Positions 1 to 9,297 of a stretch of 64,000 bases of DNA are shown here, one piece after another; the stretch's first letter is position 1, and every line of letters begins with the position of its first letter. This DNA is from Chlamydiota bacterium. Lineage in GTDB: Bacteria; Chlamydiota; Chlamydiia; Chlamydiales; SM23-39. The position numbers and the translations under genes were made by a program. Below the pieces are notes generated by a model. That model saw only the letters and a program-made list of their open reading frames with translations, was not told the DNA's origin and made no database searches. The DNA is taken from positions 1,949 to 65,948 of the forward strand of contig DAHXLK010000052.1 of assembly GCA_027366035.1 (NCBI GenBank), given 5' to 3'.

Positions 1-185
1 AAACTACAAAGAAGCACTTAAAAAAAATTGCTGCTTTGAAATTGCTCTTATTCGGGGCTTTCTCATAGAGAAAATGGTGCAAAAATAGTAGCAAATACAG
101 GATCCTGTTATATTTTATAACGACAAGGTCCAAATAAAATTTTATCTATTATGGTTTATGATGAAGTTTGTAGTCTTCTAAGAAG

Positions 186-956
186 ATGAAAACGGTTTTA
201 TTAGCCGGTGGTCTTGGCACAAGGATTTCCGAGCTTACCTATCAAATTCCCAAGCCAATGGTAGAGGTGGGGGATAAGCCTATTTTATGGCATATCATGA
301 ACCTCTATTCCCATTATGGTTTTCATGAGTTTGTTATTGCTTTAGGGTATAAAGCAGAGGTTATAAAAGGCTATTTCCTCCATTACTATGAAAAAAGCGG
401 AGACCTTACGGTCGATCTAAGATCGGGGAAAATAATTACCCATAATAAAGAAGCACCGGATTGGAAAATCCATTTAGTAGATACAGGCTTGCATACACAG
501 ACAGGAGGGAGGATCAAGAGATTAAAAAAATGGATTGGCAATGAGACATTTTTATTAACTTATGGAGATGGAGTTGCCGATATCGATTTGCCGGCACTTG
601 TAGCTTTTCATAAAAAACATAAGAAACTGGCTACGGTAACGGCAGTGCGTCCTCCCGCAAGATTTGGAGCTTTAGAAATAGAGGATACTCACGTGACCCA
701 ATTTTCAGAAAAAAGCCCTTCGAAAGAGGGGTGGATAAATGGTGGATTTTTTGTCTTAGAACCGGAGATTTTCGATTTTATTCACGGAGATGAGACGGCA
801 TGGGAAAAAGACCCTTTGGAAGCTTTAGCTAAGGCAAGAGAACTGACTGCCTATTGCCACCATGGATTTTGGCAGCCCATGGATACTTTAAGAGATCATC
901 GTCATTTAGAACATCTTTGGATAACAGGTCAAGCTCCCTGGAAGATATGGCAATAG
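186..956 (+). CDS. rfbF: glucose-1-phosphate cytidylyltransferase
   Basis: The N-terminal nucleotidyltransferase loop LLAGGLGTRISE..PKPMVEVGDKPILWHIM and the 256-aa length are typical of RfbF/DdhA. Its stop overlaps the next gene's ATG. Confidence 0.85.
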   Translation: MKTVLLAGGLGTRISELTYQIPKPMVEVGDKPILWHIMNLYSHYGFHEFVIALGYKAEVIKGYFLHYYEKSGDLTVDLRSGKIITHNKEAPDWKIHLVDTGLHTQTGGRIKRLKKWIGNETFLLTYGDGVADIDLPALVAFHKKHKKLATVTAVRPPARFGALEIEDTHVTQFSEKSPSKEGWINGGFFVLEPEIFDFIHGDETAWEKDPLEALAKARELTAYCHHGFWQPMDTLRDHRHLEHLWITGQAPWKIWQ

Positions 957-1960
957 AAAACTTTTGGCAAGGTAAAAGGATATTGATTACAGGGGCTACG
1001 GGGCTGGTAGGCGGGTGGCTCTCTGAGGCCCTTATCAAAAAAGGGGCTGAGATTATTTTCCTCATACGAGATCTCGATCCTAATAGCCTGCTTGTTTTAA
1101 AAGATACTTTAAGAAAGGGTCAAGTAGTGCAAGGCTCACTGGAAGATGGGGTCTCTTGTGAGAGGGCGATAGTAGAGTATGGGGTGGATACGGTATTTCA
1201 TTTGGCCGCACAGGCTATTGTAGAGACAGGTTTGCGCAGCCCTCTTATTACCTTTGAAGCCAATATTCGGGGGAGCTACCTCCTTTTCGAAGCTTGTCGA
1301 AGGCAAAAGGAGCTGGTACAGAGAATCGTTGTTGCATCCAGCGATAAGGCTTATGGCTCGAGTCCCCATTTACCCTATACCGAGAAGATGCCCCTAGCCG
1401 GAAGGCATCCTTATGACGTCTCTAAATCGTGTGCCGATCTGCTTGCAGTATCTTATTTTCATACCTACCACCTTCCAATCGTTATTGCCAGATGTGGCAA
1501 TATCTTTGGTGGAGGAGACCTTCACTTTAGCCGGATTGTTCCGGGGACTATTCGGAGTTTATTAAAAGATGAAACACCCGTTATTAGAAGTAATGGTCTT
1601 CTGACACGCGACTATATTTATGTGGAAGATGTGGTCGACGCCTACCTCTCTTTAGGAGAGCAGCTGAGAAGGGAAGGAGTCCAAGGAGAGGCTTTTAATT
1701 TTGGACCCAACCGCCCCTATTCGGTAAAAGAGATGGTCGCTGCTTTACAAACTCTTATGGGAAAAACTCATCTGAAACCAAAGATACTCGATCAGGCCCA
1801 CTTGGAAATCAAAGATCAAACACTTGACTCGTCTAAGGCTAAAAAGATCCTCGGTTGGAAACCCAAATATAGCCTTGAAGAAGGACTAGCAAAAACTATA
1901 CAATGGTACAAACACTATTTTATATGCACGTCAAATGTCGATTTTGCTCCCACCCCTTAA
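947..1960 (+). CDS. rfbG: CDP-glucose 4,6-dehydratase (extended SDR)
   Basis: Internal ATG at 947 gives MAIENFWQGKRILITGATGLVGGWL, the classic RfbG N-terminus. The YDVSK catalytic motif is present. The tracked ORF start at 854 lies inside rfbF and is rejected. Confidence 0.8.
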   Translation: MAIENFWQGKRILITGATGLVGGWLSEALIKKGAEIIFLIRDLDPNSLLVLKDTLRKGQVVQGSLEDGVSCERAIVEYGVDTVFHLAAQAIVETGLRSPLITFEANIRGSYLLFEACRRQKELVQRIVVASSDKAYGSSPHLPYTEKMPLAGRHPYDVSKSCADLLAVSYFHTYHLPIVIARCGNIFGGGDLHFSRIVPGTIRSLLKDETPVIRSNGLLTRDYIYVEDVVDAYLSLGEQLRREGVQGEAFNFGPNRPYSVKEMVAALQTLMGKTHLKPKILDQAHLEIKDQTLDSSKAKKILGWKPKYSLEEGLAKTIQWYKHYFICTSNVDFAPTP

Positions 1961-3153
1961 AGCATACCTTTTGTGATTTTGGTCAAACCCCCCTTTCCAA
2001 TGCCTATGTAAAGGGGGGAGATTTGCTAAGCGAAGAGCCCCGTTTTCCTCTACATGCCTATGTGTGTGAAACTTGTTTGTTGGTTCAGTTACAAGAGTTT
2101 CAATCTCCCGATCAGATATTTTCAGAATATCTCTATTTTTCTTCCTACTCTACTTCTTGGCTAGCACATGCAAAAAAGTATGTCGAAGGGATGGTCGAAA
2201 GATTCTCCTATGATCCCTCTTATCAAGTAGTCGAAATCGCAAGTAATGATGGGTATCTACTCCAATATTTTCAAAAAAAAAACATCCCCGTTTTGGGGAT
2301 CGACCCGGCGAGGAATGTAGCAGATGTAGCGAATGCAAAGGGGATCCCCACTCTCCCCCTTTTTTTTGGAGCCCGTACTGCTTTGGATCTAGCAGGGCAA
2401 GGGAAAAAAGGGGATCTGATCATCGGGAATAACGTATTAGCCCATGTTCCCGATATCAATGATTTTGTAAAAGGTTTGAAAATTTTGCTGAAGCCGGAAG
2501 GGATAATTACCCTAGAATTTCCCCACCTTCTTCAACTAATGGAACAAAATCAATTCGACACCTTGTACCATGAACATTTTTCCTATCTCTCGTTGTACAC
2601 AACTGAAAAAATTTTTGCGGCGCATGGTCTAAAATTATTCGATGTGGAGGAGCTGACAACTCATGGGGGCTCCTTACGAGTCTATGCCTGTCATATAGAG
2701 TCGAAGAGGAATAGATCTTCGAAAGTGGAAGATGTATTACATAAAGAGGTGGCTTATGGCTTAACGAATATTACCACCTATCTATCTTTTGCTGATAAAG
2801 CGAAGAAAATAAAATCAGATCTATGCTATCTCTTGATTTCATTAAAAGGTCAGGGAAAAAAGGTAGTGGGATATGGAGCTCCCGCGAAAGGTAATACGTT
2901 ATTAAATTTTTGTAATATCACAGCGGAATTATTGGAATATACGGTAGATATTAATCCGCACAAACAAGGACTGTTTTTACCGGGGACTCATATTCCCATT
3001 TACCCCCCTGAAAAAATCAAAGAGACCAAGCCGGACTACATTATTATTCTCCCCTGGAACTTACAAGAGGAGATTCAGAGTCAGATGTCTTTTGTTCGTC
3101 AATGGGGGTGTCGCTGGATACTCCCTATGCCCCATGTAACAATTTTGCCTTAA
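1924..3153 (+). CDS. NDP-hexose C-methyltransferase-like protein (Zn-ribbon N-terminus, SAM-MT core, C-methyltransferase C-terminal domain)
   Basis: CxxC..CxxC N-terminus (CRFCSH..CETC), SAM-binding core VVEIASNDGYLL, and C-terminal VVGYGAPAKGNTLLN..DINPHKQG. This architecture matches the TylCIII-type family. The start at 1924 (MHVKC) is preferred over 1903. Confidence 0.7.
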   Translation: MHVKCRFCSHPLKHTFCDFGQTPLSNAYVKGGDLLSEEPRFPLHAYVCETCLLVQLQEFQSPDQIFSEYLYFSSYSTSWLAHAKKYVEGMVERFSYDPSYQVVEIASNDGYLLQYFQKKNIPVLGIDPARNVADVANAKGIPTLPLFFGARTALDLAGQGKKGDLIIGNNVLAHVPDINDFVKGLKILLKPEGIITLEFPHLLQLMEQNQFDTLYHEHFSYLSLYTTEKIFAAHGLKLFDVEELTTHGGSLRVYACHIESKRNRSSKVEDVLHKEVAYGLTNITTYLSFADKAKKIKSDLCYLLISLKGQGKKVVGYGAPAKGNTLLNFCNITAELLEYTVDINPHKQGLFLPGTHIPIYPPEKIKETKPDYIIILPWNLQEEIQSQMSFVRQWGCRWILPMPHVTILP

Positions 3154-3156
3154 GGG

Positions 3157-4818
3157 GTGCCGGTAATGAGATCGTTGAAATCTCTTCTAAAAAAAGTCGT
3201 CAAGAGAGGAATATTTTGTGCTCTCTATGTTTTCTTAAAGCTGCAAGATGCCACATTTTTATCGATAGGTTCTTACATAAGAAGATTATTAAATTTCATT
3301 TTTTGGAGTCTAAAAGATCGAGCCTACTACCTAATGCCTATAATTCTTGCTTATCAAAGCGCTTCTCATCGAGCTAATCTTTTTATCCCAACGGTCAGGT
3401 TTTCTTCTTCTCAAAAATATAAACTAATGTTTCTTTATATTTCTAATGGCCTTTTACGATTATCGCAAAACATAGCTATCGAACTTTTAGGACAGCTTTC
3501 CGACCCATTTCTTGCAAAACAGTCTTTAGCAATCTATCGTTATGCGGGTATTAATGCTTTCATGTTGGGTCAAAATAAAGAAGCCCTTTTTTATTGGGGA
3601 ATGTCGGGAAAGATTAAGAAAAACTATATACAAGCTACCACCCCTACCCACTACCGGATATTAGGATCCTCATGGTTTGCAGCCGTAGGGCATATCATCC
3701 AGTTGGAATTTTATTTTAAATACCTCCTTCTTTATAAACAAAATCACCTACGTATCATAGCGATACTCCCCTTAAATGATCCTATATGGAAACGAATGGG
3801 ATGTGCTATCAACATCCTTCGAAAATTTCAAGCAAAAGGTCTTACGATCTTACACGAAGGAGAGATAGAACAAGACTATGATGTCTGGGCTATGGAAAAT
3901 AATTGTCTACGTTGGCAAGAGCTCAGCGAGGAAGACAAAAAATCCATGGTCGATGAGTTTTGGGAATATGAACTGGAAGAAGGCAACTTTACCGGTTATA
4001 CCCATTTTTGTTATTGGGTTCAAAAAAAGTGGGATGAAAAAAAATATCCCCCATTGTTTTCGATAACCTCTTCCGAAAGGATAGGGCTGCAACGGTATTT
4101 GCAGGATTTAGGGATACCACAAAAGGCCTGGTATGTCTGCCTGCATGTACGGGAAGGGGGATTTCATAAAGAATGGAACAGGCAATTGCCCTCTATGCGA
4201 GACTCCTCTATTGAAGATTATTATTCTGCCATTAAAGAGATCACTCGGGCAGGAGGATGGGTAATACGGATTGGGGACGCCAGCATGAAGCCCCTTGTTT
4301 CGATGCCTCAAGTGATCGATTATGCCCACCACCCCCGTAAAATCGCTACTTTTGACCTACTATTTCTCGCTACTTCCCTTTTTTTCTTGGGCACCAACTC
4401 GGGGATTGCCAATATCACACATCTTTATGGAATTCCTTGTGCATATACAAACTGGGTCCCTATCGGATGGCCTATGTGGAGTGAGCAAGATCTGATGATT
4501 TGTAAGCTTTTTATAGAAAAGAGAAGTGGATGTTTTTTATCTTTAAAAGAGATCTTTGCACAAAATCTTGCTTTTTTGCAAAATGTGGAAGACTTGCCTA
4601 AAGAAATTGAGATCGTATGCAATTCGCCAGAGGATATCCGACAGCTAACACTCGATATGTTATCTTCCTTGCATTTTAAAAATAAGTCTTTTGAAGATAT
4701 TGCAGCTCCTGAAGCCGTACAAAAATCCTATTCGAAAATAGCCTCTCAGCATGGGACTTATACCTATACAAAGTTAGCCGGGTTTTTTGTAGAAAAATAT
4801 TCCGCAGTTTTTCAATGA
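3157..4818 (+). CDS. putative glycosyltransferase, TIGR04372-like C-terminal half; N-terminal half unknown
   Basis: The C-terminal region WYVCLHVREGGF..AGGWVIRIGD..FFLGTNSGI is paralogous to the product of 9298..10500. The family name is recalled from memory and not verified. An alternative ATG start lies at 3166. Confidence 0.4.
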   Translation: MPVMRSLKSLLKKVVKRGIFCALYVFLKLQDATFLSIGSYIRRLLNFIFWSLKDRAYYLMPIILAYQSASHRANLFIPTVRFSSSQKYKLMFLYISNGLLRLSQNIAIELLGQLSDPFLAKQSLAIYRYAGINAFMLGQNKEALFYWGMSGKIKKNYIQATTPTHYRILGSSWFAAVGHIIQLEFYFKYLLLYKQNHLRIIAILPLNDPIWKRMGCAINILRKFQAKGLTILHEGEIEQDYDVWAMENNCLRWQELSEEDKKSMVDEFWEYELEEGNFTGYTHFCYWVQKKWDEKKYPPLFSITSSERIGLQRYLQDLGIPQKAWYVCLHVREGGFHKEWNRQLPSMRDSSIEDYYSAIKEITRAGGWVIRIGDASMKPLVSMPQVIDYAHHPRKIATFDLLFLATSLFFLGTNSGIANITHLYGIPCAYTNWVPIGWPMWSEQDLMICKLFIEKRSGCFLSLKEIFAQNLAFLQNVEDLPKEIEIVCNSPEDIRQLTLDMLSSLHFKNKSFEDIAAPEAVQKSYSKIASQHGTYTYTKLAGFFVEKYSAVFQ

Positions 4819-6284
4819 TACCTGCCGTAAATGAAATTAAAAACCAGATACCGAAAAATAAGAAAGTTGCTTTCATTTCAGGTAATTTCAATGTCGTCCA
4901 TCCGGGACATCTCCGACTGATCAATTTTGCCGCCGAATGTGCCGATTATGTAGTCATAGGGCTATTTCCCGACGGATCGCGAGATGCCTTTATCCCACAA
5001 GATTTGCGCCTTCAAGGGATACAGGCTCTATCGCAAGTACACTTCTCTCTCATACTACCTAGCAAGGTAGAAGAGTTTATTCAATATTTACGGCCGGATA
5101 TCGTGGTAAAAGGAAAAGAGCATGCTTTTTTAACCAATGTAGAGCAGCCCATTGTGGAGGCCTATGGTGGGGAATTGCTTTTTGCCTCCGGAGAAACTTG
5201 GTTTTCTTCTCTGAACCTTTTGAAAAAGGAATTACAAGCTCACTCCTTAAAAACATTCAATAAACCTATATCTTTCTTAAATCGTCATGTTATCGATAAC
5301 CATAAGTTATCGAAAATTATCGATCAGTTTCCCGATCTACATGTCGTAGTATTGGGAGATTTGATTGTTGATGAGTATATCTTTTGCACCCCCTTGGGAA
5401 TGTCACAGGAAGACCCTACCCTTGTTATGACTCCGATCAAGCGGGAACGCTTTCTTGGAGGTTCAGCTATCGTAGCTGCTCATGCTAAGAGTTTAGGGGC
5501 AAAAGTGGACTATTTTACTTGTGTGGGAAATGACCCTATAGCTACCTATGCAAGACATACCTTAAACACCTATCATGTCGACTTTCATTTTCTCATCGAT
5601 GAGAGTAGGCCTACGACATTAAAACAACGCTTTCGATGTAAAGGGAATACCTTACTCAGAATCTCAGAGCTAAGACAACATGAAATCAGCCCGCAGCTAC
5701 AAAAGGAGCTTTTGAATAAGCTCTACTGTAGTCTTACTACGGCCAACCTATTGGTCTTTTCCGATTTTAACTATGGTTTTTTACCCCAATCTTTGGTAGA
5801 TGCTATTACCTCTTTTTGCTTAGCTAAAAATATCCCTATGGTTGCCGATAGCCAGTCCTCTTCTCAAATAGGCGATATCGGCCGGTTTAAAGAGATGTTG
5901 CTCATCACCCCAACTGAAAGGGAAGCAAGGCTTGCTATACAAGATTCCCATTCAGGGTTGATAGAGGTGGCAGATAAGCTGAGGAAAAAAGCCAAAGCCA
6001 AACATCTCTTACTCACTTTAGGAGAAGAGGGTGTATTGATCTATTCCCCAGAAAACGGGGCCAATACATTCAACGCTGACGAACTGCCGAGGTTTAATCT
6101 AGAGGCCAAAGACCCTTCCGGAGCGGGAGATTCCTTGTTCATCTCCTCTTCTATGTCGTTGATTTTAGGTGCCAGCATTTATGAGAGTGCCTACTTAGGC
6201 TCCATTGCTGCTGCTTGCCAGGTCAGTCATATCGGCAATATCCCCTTACAACCCGAAGAATTAAAAAAAGAGCTTTTGATATGA
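4815..6284 (+). CDS. bifunctional cytidylyl/adenylyltransferase-like plus PfkB heptose-7-phosphate kinase-like protein (HldE-like, reversed domain order)
   Basis: The N-terminal FISGNFNVVHPGHLRLI carries the HxGH nucleotidyltransferase motif. The C-terminal VVVLGDLIVDEY..GGSAIVAAHAKSLGA..DPSGAGDS matches the RfaE domain I / PfkB kinase. Confidence 0.7.
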   Translation: MIPAVNEIKNQIPKNKKVAFISGNFNVVHPGHLRLINFAAECADYVVIGLFPDGSRDAFIPQDLRLQGIQALSQVHFSLILPSKVEEFIQYLRPDIVVKGKEHAFLTNVEQPIVEAYGGELLFASGETWFSSLNLLKKELQAHSLKTFNKPISFLNRHVIDNHKLSKIIDQFPDLHVVVLGDLIVDEYIFCTPLGMSQEDPTLVMTPIKRERFLGGSAIVAAHAKSLGAKVDYFTCVGNDPIATYARHTLNTYHVDFHFLIDESRPTTLKQRFRCKGNTLLRISELRQHEISPQLQKELLNKLYCSLTTANLLVFSDFNYGFLPQSLVDAITSFCLAKNIPMVADSQSSSQIGDIGRFKEMLLITPTEREARLAIQDSHSGLIEVADKLRKKAKAKHLLLTLGEEGVLIYSPENGANTFNADELPRFNLEAKDPSGAGDSLFISSSMSLILGASIYESAYLGSIAAACQVSHIGNIPLQPEELKKELLI

Positions 6285-6982
6285 AGGCGCTACTTGTAGC
6301 CGCAGGGTTAGGGACGAGGTTACGGCCGATTACCTATAAAATCCCGAAATGTTTAGTCCCCATTCATGGTAAGCCCCTCTTAGGGTACTGGATAGAGCGA
6401 TTAGTAGAGCAAGGGATAGAACATATTTATATCAATACCCACTACTTAGCGGAGGCGGTAGAGGCTTATGTCGGATCCCATCCTCTTCGCAATCACATTA
6501 CCCTTGTCTATGAAGAGAGGTTACTGGGGACTGGAGGAACCCTGAAAAAACTAGGAGCTCTATTAGGAGGACAAGCCTTCTTATTTGCCCATGCCGACAA
6601 CCTCACGAAATTTGAGCTTGCCTCTTTTATCGAAGCTCACCAAGCTCGAGGAGAGGGGGTAGAGATTACGATGATGACTTTTCTAACCGATACTCCCCAC
6701 GCTTGCGGCATTGTCGAATGGAATCAAGATAGGAGGGTCACCGCTTTTTATGAGAAAGTGGTTGATCCTCCCGGAAATCATGCCAATGCAGCCGTATATC
6801 TCTTGGAGCCGAGTGTCCATCATTTCCTATCTCTTATCCCTAAAGAGGTAATCGATTTTAGCACCGAAGTATTGCCCCACTATCTTCATCGGATGCAAGT
6901 CTTTTCTAATTCTACCTATCATCGAGATATAGGATCGTTGAAAAGCCTCTATTTAGCAGAGCAAGAGTTTGCTTATGATTGA
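6281..6982 (+). CDS. sugar-1-phosphate nucleotidyltransferase (HddC/ManC-like)
   Basis: MKALLVAAGLGTRLRPITYKIPKCLVPIHGKPLL signature. ATGA overlap with the upstream stop. The tracked 6215 start is rejected. Confidence 0.7.
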   Translation: MKALLVAAGLGTRLRPITYKIPKCLVPIHGKPLLGYWIERLVEQGIEHIYINTHYLAEAVEAYVGSHPLRNHITLVYEERLLGTGGTLKKLGALLGGQAFLFAHADNLTKFELASFIEAHQARGEGVEITMMTFLTDTPHACGIVEWNQDRRVTAFYEKVVDPPGNHANAAVYLLEPSVHHFLSLIPKEVIDFSTEVLPHYLHRMQVFSNSTYHRDIGSLKSLYLAEQEFAYD

Positions 6983-7640
6983 AAAGCAATATGAGGGCCA
7001 TTTAGAACTTAAACGAAAAAAGGGGTTGACTCGGCTAGGTATTGAGAAAAGTGCTAGTTGGCAGCTAGATCCCAGACATTTAGCGTTTTCCCTTTCTCGC
7101 TACAAATTTGTGGCTAAGATGCTTTCAGGAAAAAAAAATGTGTTAGAGGTAGGGTGTGGAGATGGTTTTGCTATACCAATTGTTTTGCAAGAGGTAGGGT
7201 CTGTCCATGCGGTGGATATCGATCCCGTTTTTATCGAAGACATAGCAGAAAGGGTAGAGGATACTTGGCCTTTTACCTTTGCGGTTCATGATATCCTCTC
7301 AGGATCCCTTCCCAACATATATGATGGGGCATATTTTCTCGATGTTTTTGAACATATACCGATGAGTCATGAGAGAATATTGTTAAAAAATATTGCCAAC
7401 AGCCTTATATCCACCGGAGTATGTATTTTGGGGACCCCTTCTTTGGAATCACAAGCTTATGCATCTAGTTTAAGTAAACAAGGACATATAAATTGCAAAA
7501 GCGGACCGGATCTAAAAAAGCTGATGTTAGACTATTTTGATAATGTTTTTCTTTTTTCTATGAATGATGAGATTGTCCATACCGGATATTATGTTATGGC
7601 TCACTACTTATTTGTGATAGGGTGTGGGGTAAAAAGATGA
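6975..7640 (+). CDS. class I SAM-dependent methyltransferase
   Basis: Motif I VLEVGCGDGF and a post-I acidic residue (AVDID). The ATG at 6975 overlaps the upstream stop by 8 nt. Confidence 0.65.
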   Translation: MIEKQYEGHLELKRKKGLTRLGIEKSASWQLDPRHLAFSLSRYKFVAKMLSGKKNVLEVGCGDGFAIPIVLQEVGSVHAVDIDPVFIEDIAERVEDTWPFTFAVHDILSGSLPNIYDGAYFLDVFEHIPMSHERILLKNIANSLISTGVCILGTPSLESQAYASSLSKQGHINCKSGPDLKKLMLDYFDNVFLFSMNDEIVHTGYYVMAHYLFVIGCGVKR

Positions 7641-8743
7641 AAGTTCAGTGTACGATATGCCGAGGAAGTAAAGTAAAAACGGTTGTCGATTATGGCCTTC
7701 AACCTCCTGCCAATCAATTTCTTCCGGTAGATGAAACGGCGCAATATTATCCTCTATCTCTTGGCTATTGTTCCGAGTGTAATACCATCCAATTATCCCG
7801 GCCTATGCCCTTTAAAGCGATAGAGTCTCCCTTCCCATGGATTACTTATACCGAACCTGAAGGTCATTTAGACGATGTAGCCTCTATCTTACGATATCTT
7901 CCTAACATTTCCCCCTCCTCCTCAGTATTAGGGATAACTTACAAAGACCAAAGTACCCTAGATCGTTTACACGCCCTTGGAATTAAAAAAACCACCTCCC
8001 TTTCTAAGGAGGAATTTTCGATTTTTCGATCCCCTTCGGTCCAATCTAAAACAAAAGGGGTAGATCTTCTGATAGCTAGACATGTTGTGGAACATGCGAG
8101 AGATGCCACAGCTTTCATGTATGAATTAAAAAGTCTCCTGTCAGAAGGTGGGTACCTTGTCTTAGAGCTCCCTGCTTGTGAAAAAATTTTTCAAAAGCAC
8201 CATCACCCTTTTATCTGGGAAGAGCATTTCACCTATTTTACCGAAGAGTCACTAAACACTTTGATACAACAGGTGAAAGGAAAACTCGTGTGTCTGAAGA
8301 GGTATCCCTATCCTTATGAAGATTCTCTCATTGCCGTTTTACGATTTTCCTTTTCTAAAGGAGGAAATACCCGTTCTCACACTCCCGAGCCGCTCCTTCG
8401 ACAATTTTCTCAGAGTTTGCAAGAAGAAAAGAGGTATTGGAGGGGGCTCCTTTCCTCTTATCCGGGACCTATTGCCCTTTTTGGAGGGGGGCATTTGGGG
8501 GTAAAGTGGGTCAATTTTTTTGAACTGGGTGATCTTATAGACTGTGTCATTGATGACAACCCTCATAAAAGAGGAAGGTATATGCCTGGTTCAGGGCTCC
8601 CTATTTTCCCTAGTCCTGCCTTGGAGGATAGAAAAATCCAGGTATGCGTCTCGACCCTTTCCTCTGAAAGTGAGAAAAAGGTGAAAGAAAAGCTCTCACG
8701 CTACTTTCACCGTGGAGGAATATGGATACCTGCATTTCATTAA
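7637..8743 (+). CDS. C-methyltransferase-family protein (Zn-ribbon N-terminus, divergent MT core)
   Basis: MKVQCTICRG..CSECNTIQL Zn-ribbon and C-terminal IALFGGGHLGVKWVN..DDNPHKRG, paralogous to 1924..3153 and 19586..20809. ATGA overlap with the upstream gene. Confidence 0.6.
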   Translation: MKVQCTICRGSKVKTVVDYGLQPPANQFLPVDETAQYYPLSLGYCSECNTIQLSRPMPFKAIESPFPWITYTEPEGHLDDVASILRYLPNISPSSSVLGITYKDQSTLDRLHALGIKKTTSLSKEEFSIFRSPSVQSKTKGVDLLIARHVVEHARDATAFMYELKSLLSEGGYLVLELPACEKIFQKHHHPFIWEEHFTYFTEESLNTLIQQVKGKLVCLKRYPYPYEDSLIAVLRFSFSKGGNTRSHTPEPLLRQFSQSLQEEKRYWRGLLSSYPGPIALFGGGHLGVKWVNFFELGDLIDCVIDDNPHKRGRYMPGSGLPIFPSPALEDRKIQVCVSTLSSESEKKVKEKLSRYFHRGGIWIPAFH

Positions 8744-9219
8744 ATGATGAAGTCTTTTTCCTAAATGAAGACGTCATTGCCCTAGATCAAAGATCCATCG
8801 GATTTGTGACAGAAAAAGCTCTACAGAATAAAAGGGGGAGAGCTCGGATCTGTGCGCACAAAAATCCTGAGGATTCTTTACATGAGATGGTGATTGCGAT
8901 CCGATCCGATAGCTACATTTGTCCCCATCGGCATCTTGGTAAGGTCGAATCCTTTCACCTTATCGAAGGAAAAGGAGAGGTCGTTTTATTCAATGAAAAG
9001 GGGGAGGTCATCCGTCGTATTCTTTTAAGTAAAAAGGATAATTTTTATTATCGACTGAATGCTTCTTTGTATCATACTGTACTTATCCATAGTCCAATTT
9101 TGGTGATACATGAAACGACAAATGGCCCTTTTTCCCCTCCTGAGTTTGCCCCTTTTGCCCCTTTAGAAGGGGCTTCTACTACCCGAGAATATATAAAGAG
9201 TTTGCAATGTTTTTTCTAA
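8722..9219 (+). CDS. WbuC-family cupin-fold protein
   Basis: RARICAHKNPEDSLHEMVIAI..YICPHRH..ESFHLIEGKGEVVLF resembles the WbuC cupin family seen in O-antigen loci. Confidence 0.6.
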   Translation: MDTCISLNDEVFFLNEDVIALDQRSIGFVTEKALQNKRGRARICAHKNPEDSLHEMVIAIRSDSYICPHRHLGKVESFHLIEGKGEVVLFNEKGEVIRRILLSKKDNFYYRLNASLYHTVLIHSPILVIHETTNGPFSPPEFAPFAPLEGASTTREYIKSLQCFF

Positions 9220-9228
9220 AAGGTCTAT

Positions 9229-9275
9229 GGAAGCAAGGGTAAAATTTTAACCAACCGGGAGATCGAAACAGTCCC
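9229..9275. repeat. partial copy of the palindromic element family (A-prime arm only)
   Basis: ggaagcaagggtaaaattttaaccaaccgggagatcgaaacagtccc matches the right arm of the full copies. It carries the ccggg variant shared with 11605 and 46551. Confidence 0.85.
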
Positions 9276-9297
9276 ACTTTTAAAGTTTTAAAAAGTT

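Noticed and set aside
854-946. N-terminal extensions of tracked ORFs (854, 6215, 13973, 16287, 22156, 7622) overlapping the preceding gene
   Set aside because: Internal ATGs give canonical family N-termini and the ATGA or short-overlap junctions typical of this operon. The extensions lie inside the upstream coding sequences.
3102-3377. ORF 3102..3377 (+), and the many 60-90 aa ORFs antisense to or out of frame with cluster genes
   Set aside because: They overlap longer ORFs that carry clear family motifs, and nothing independent supports them.
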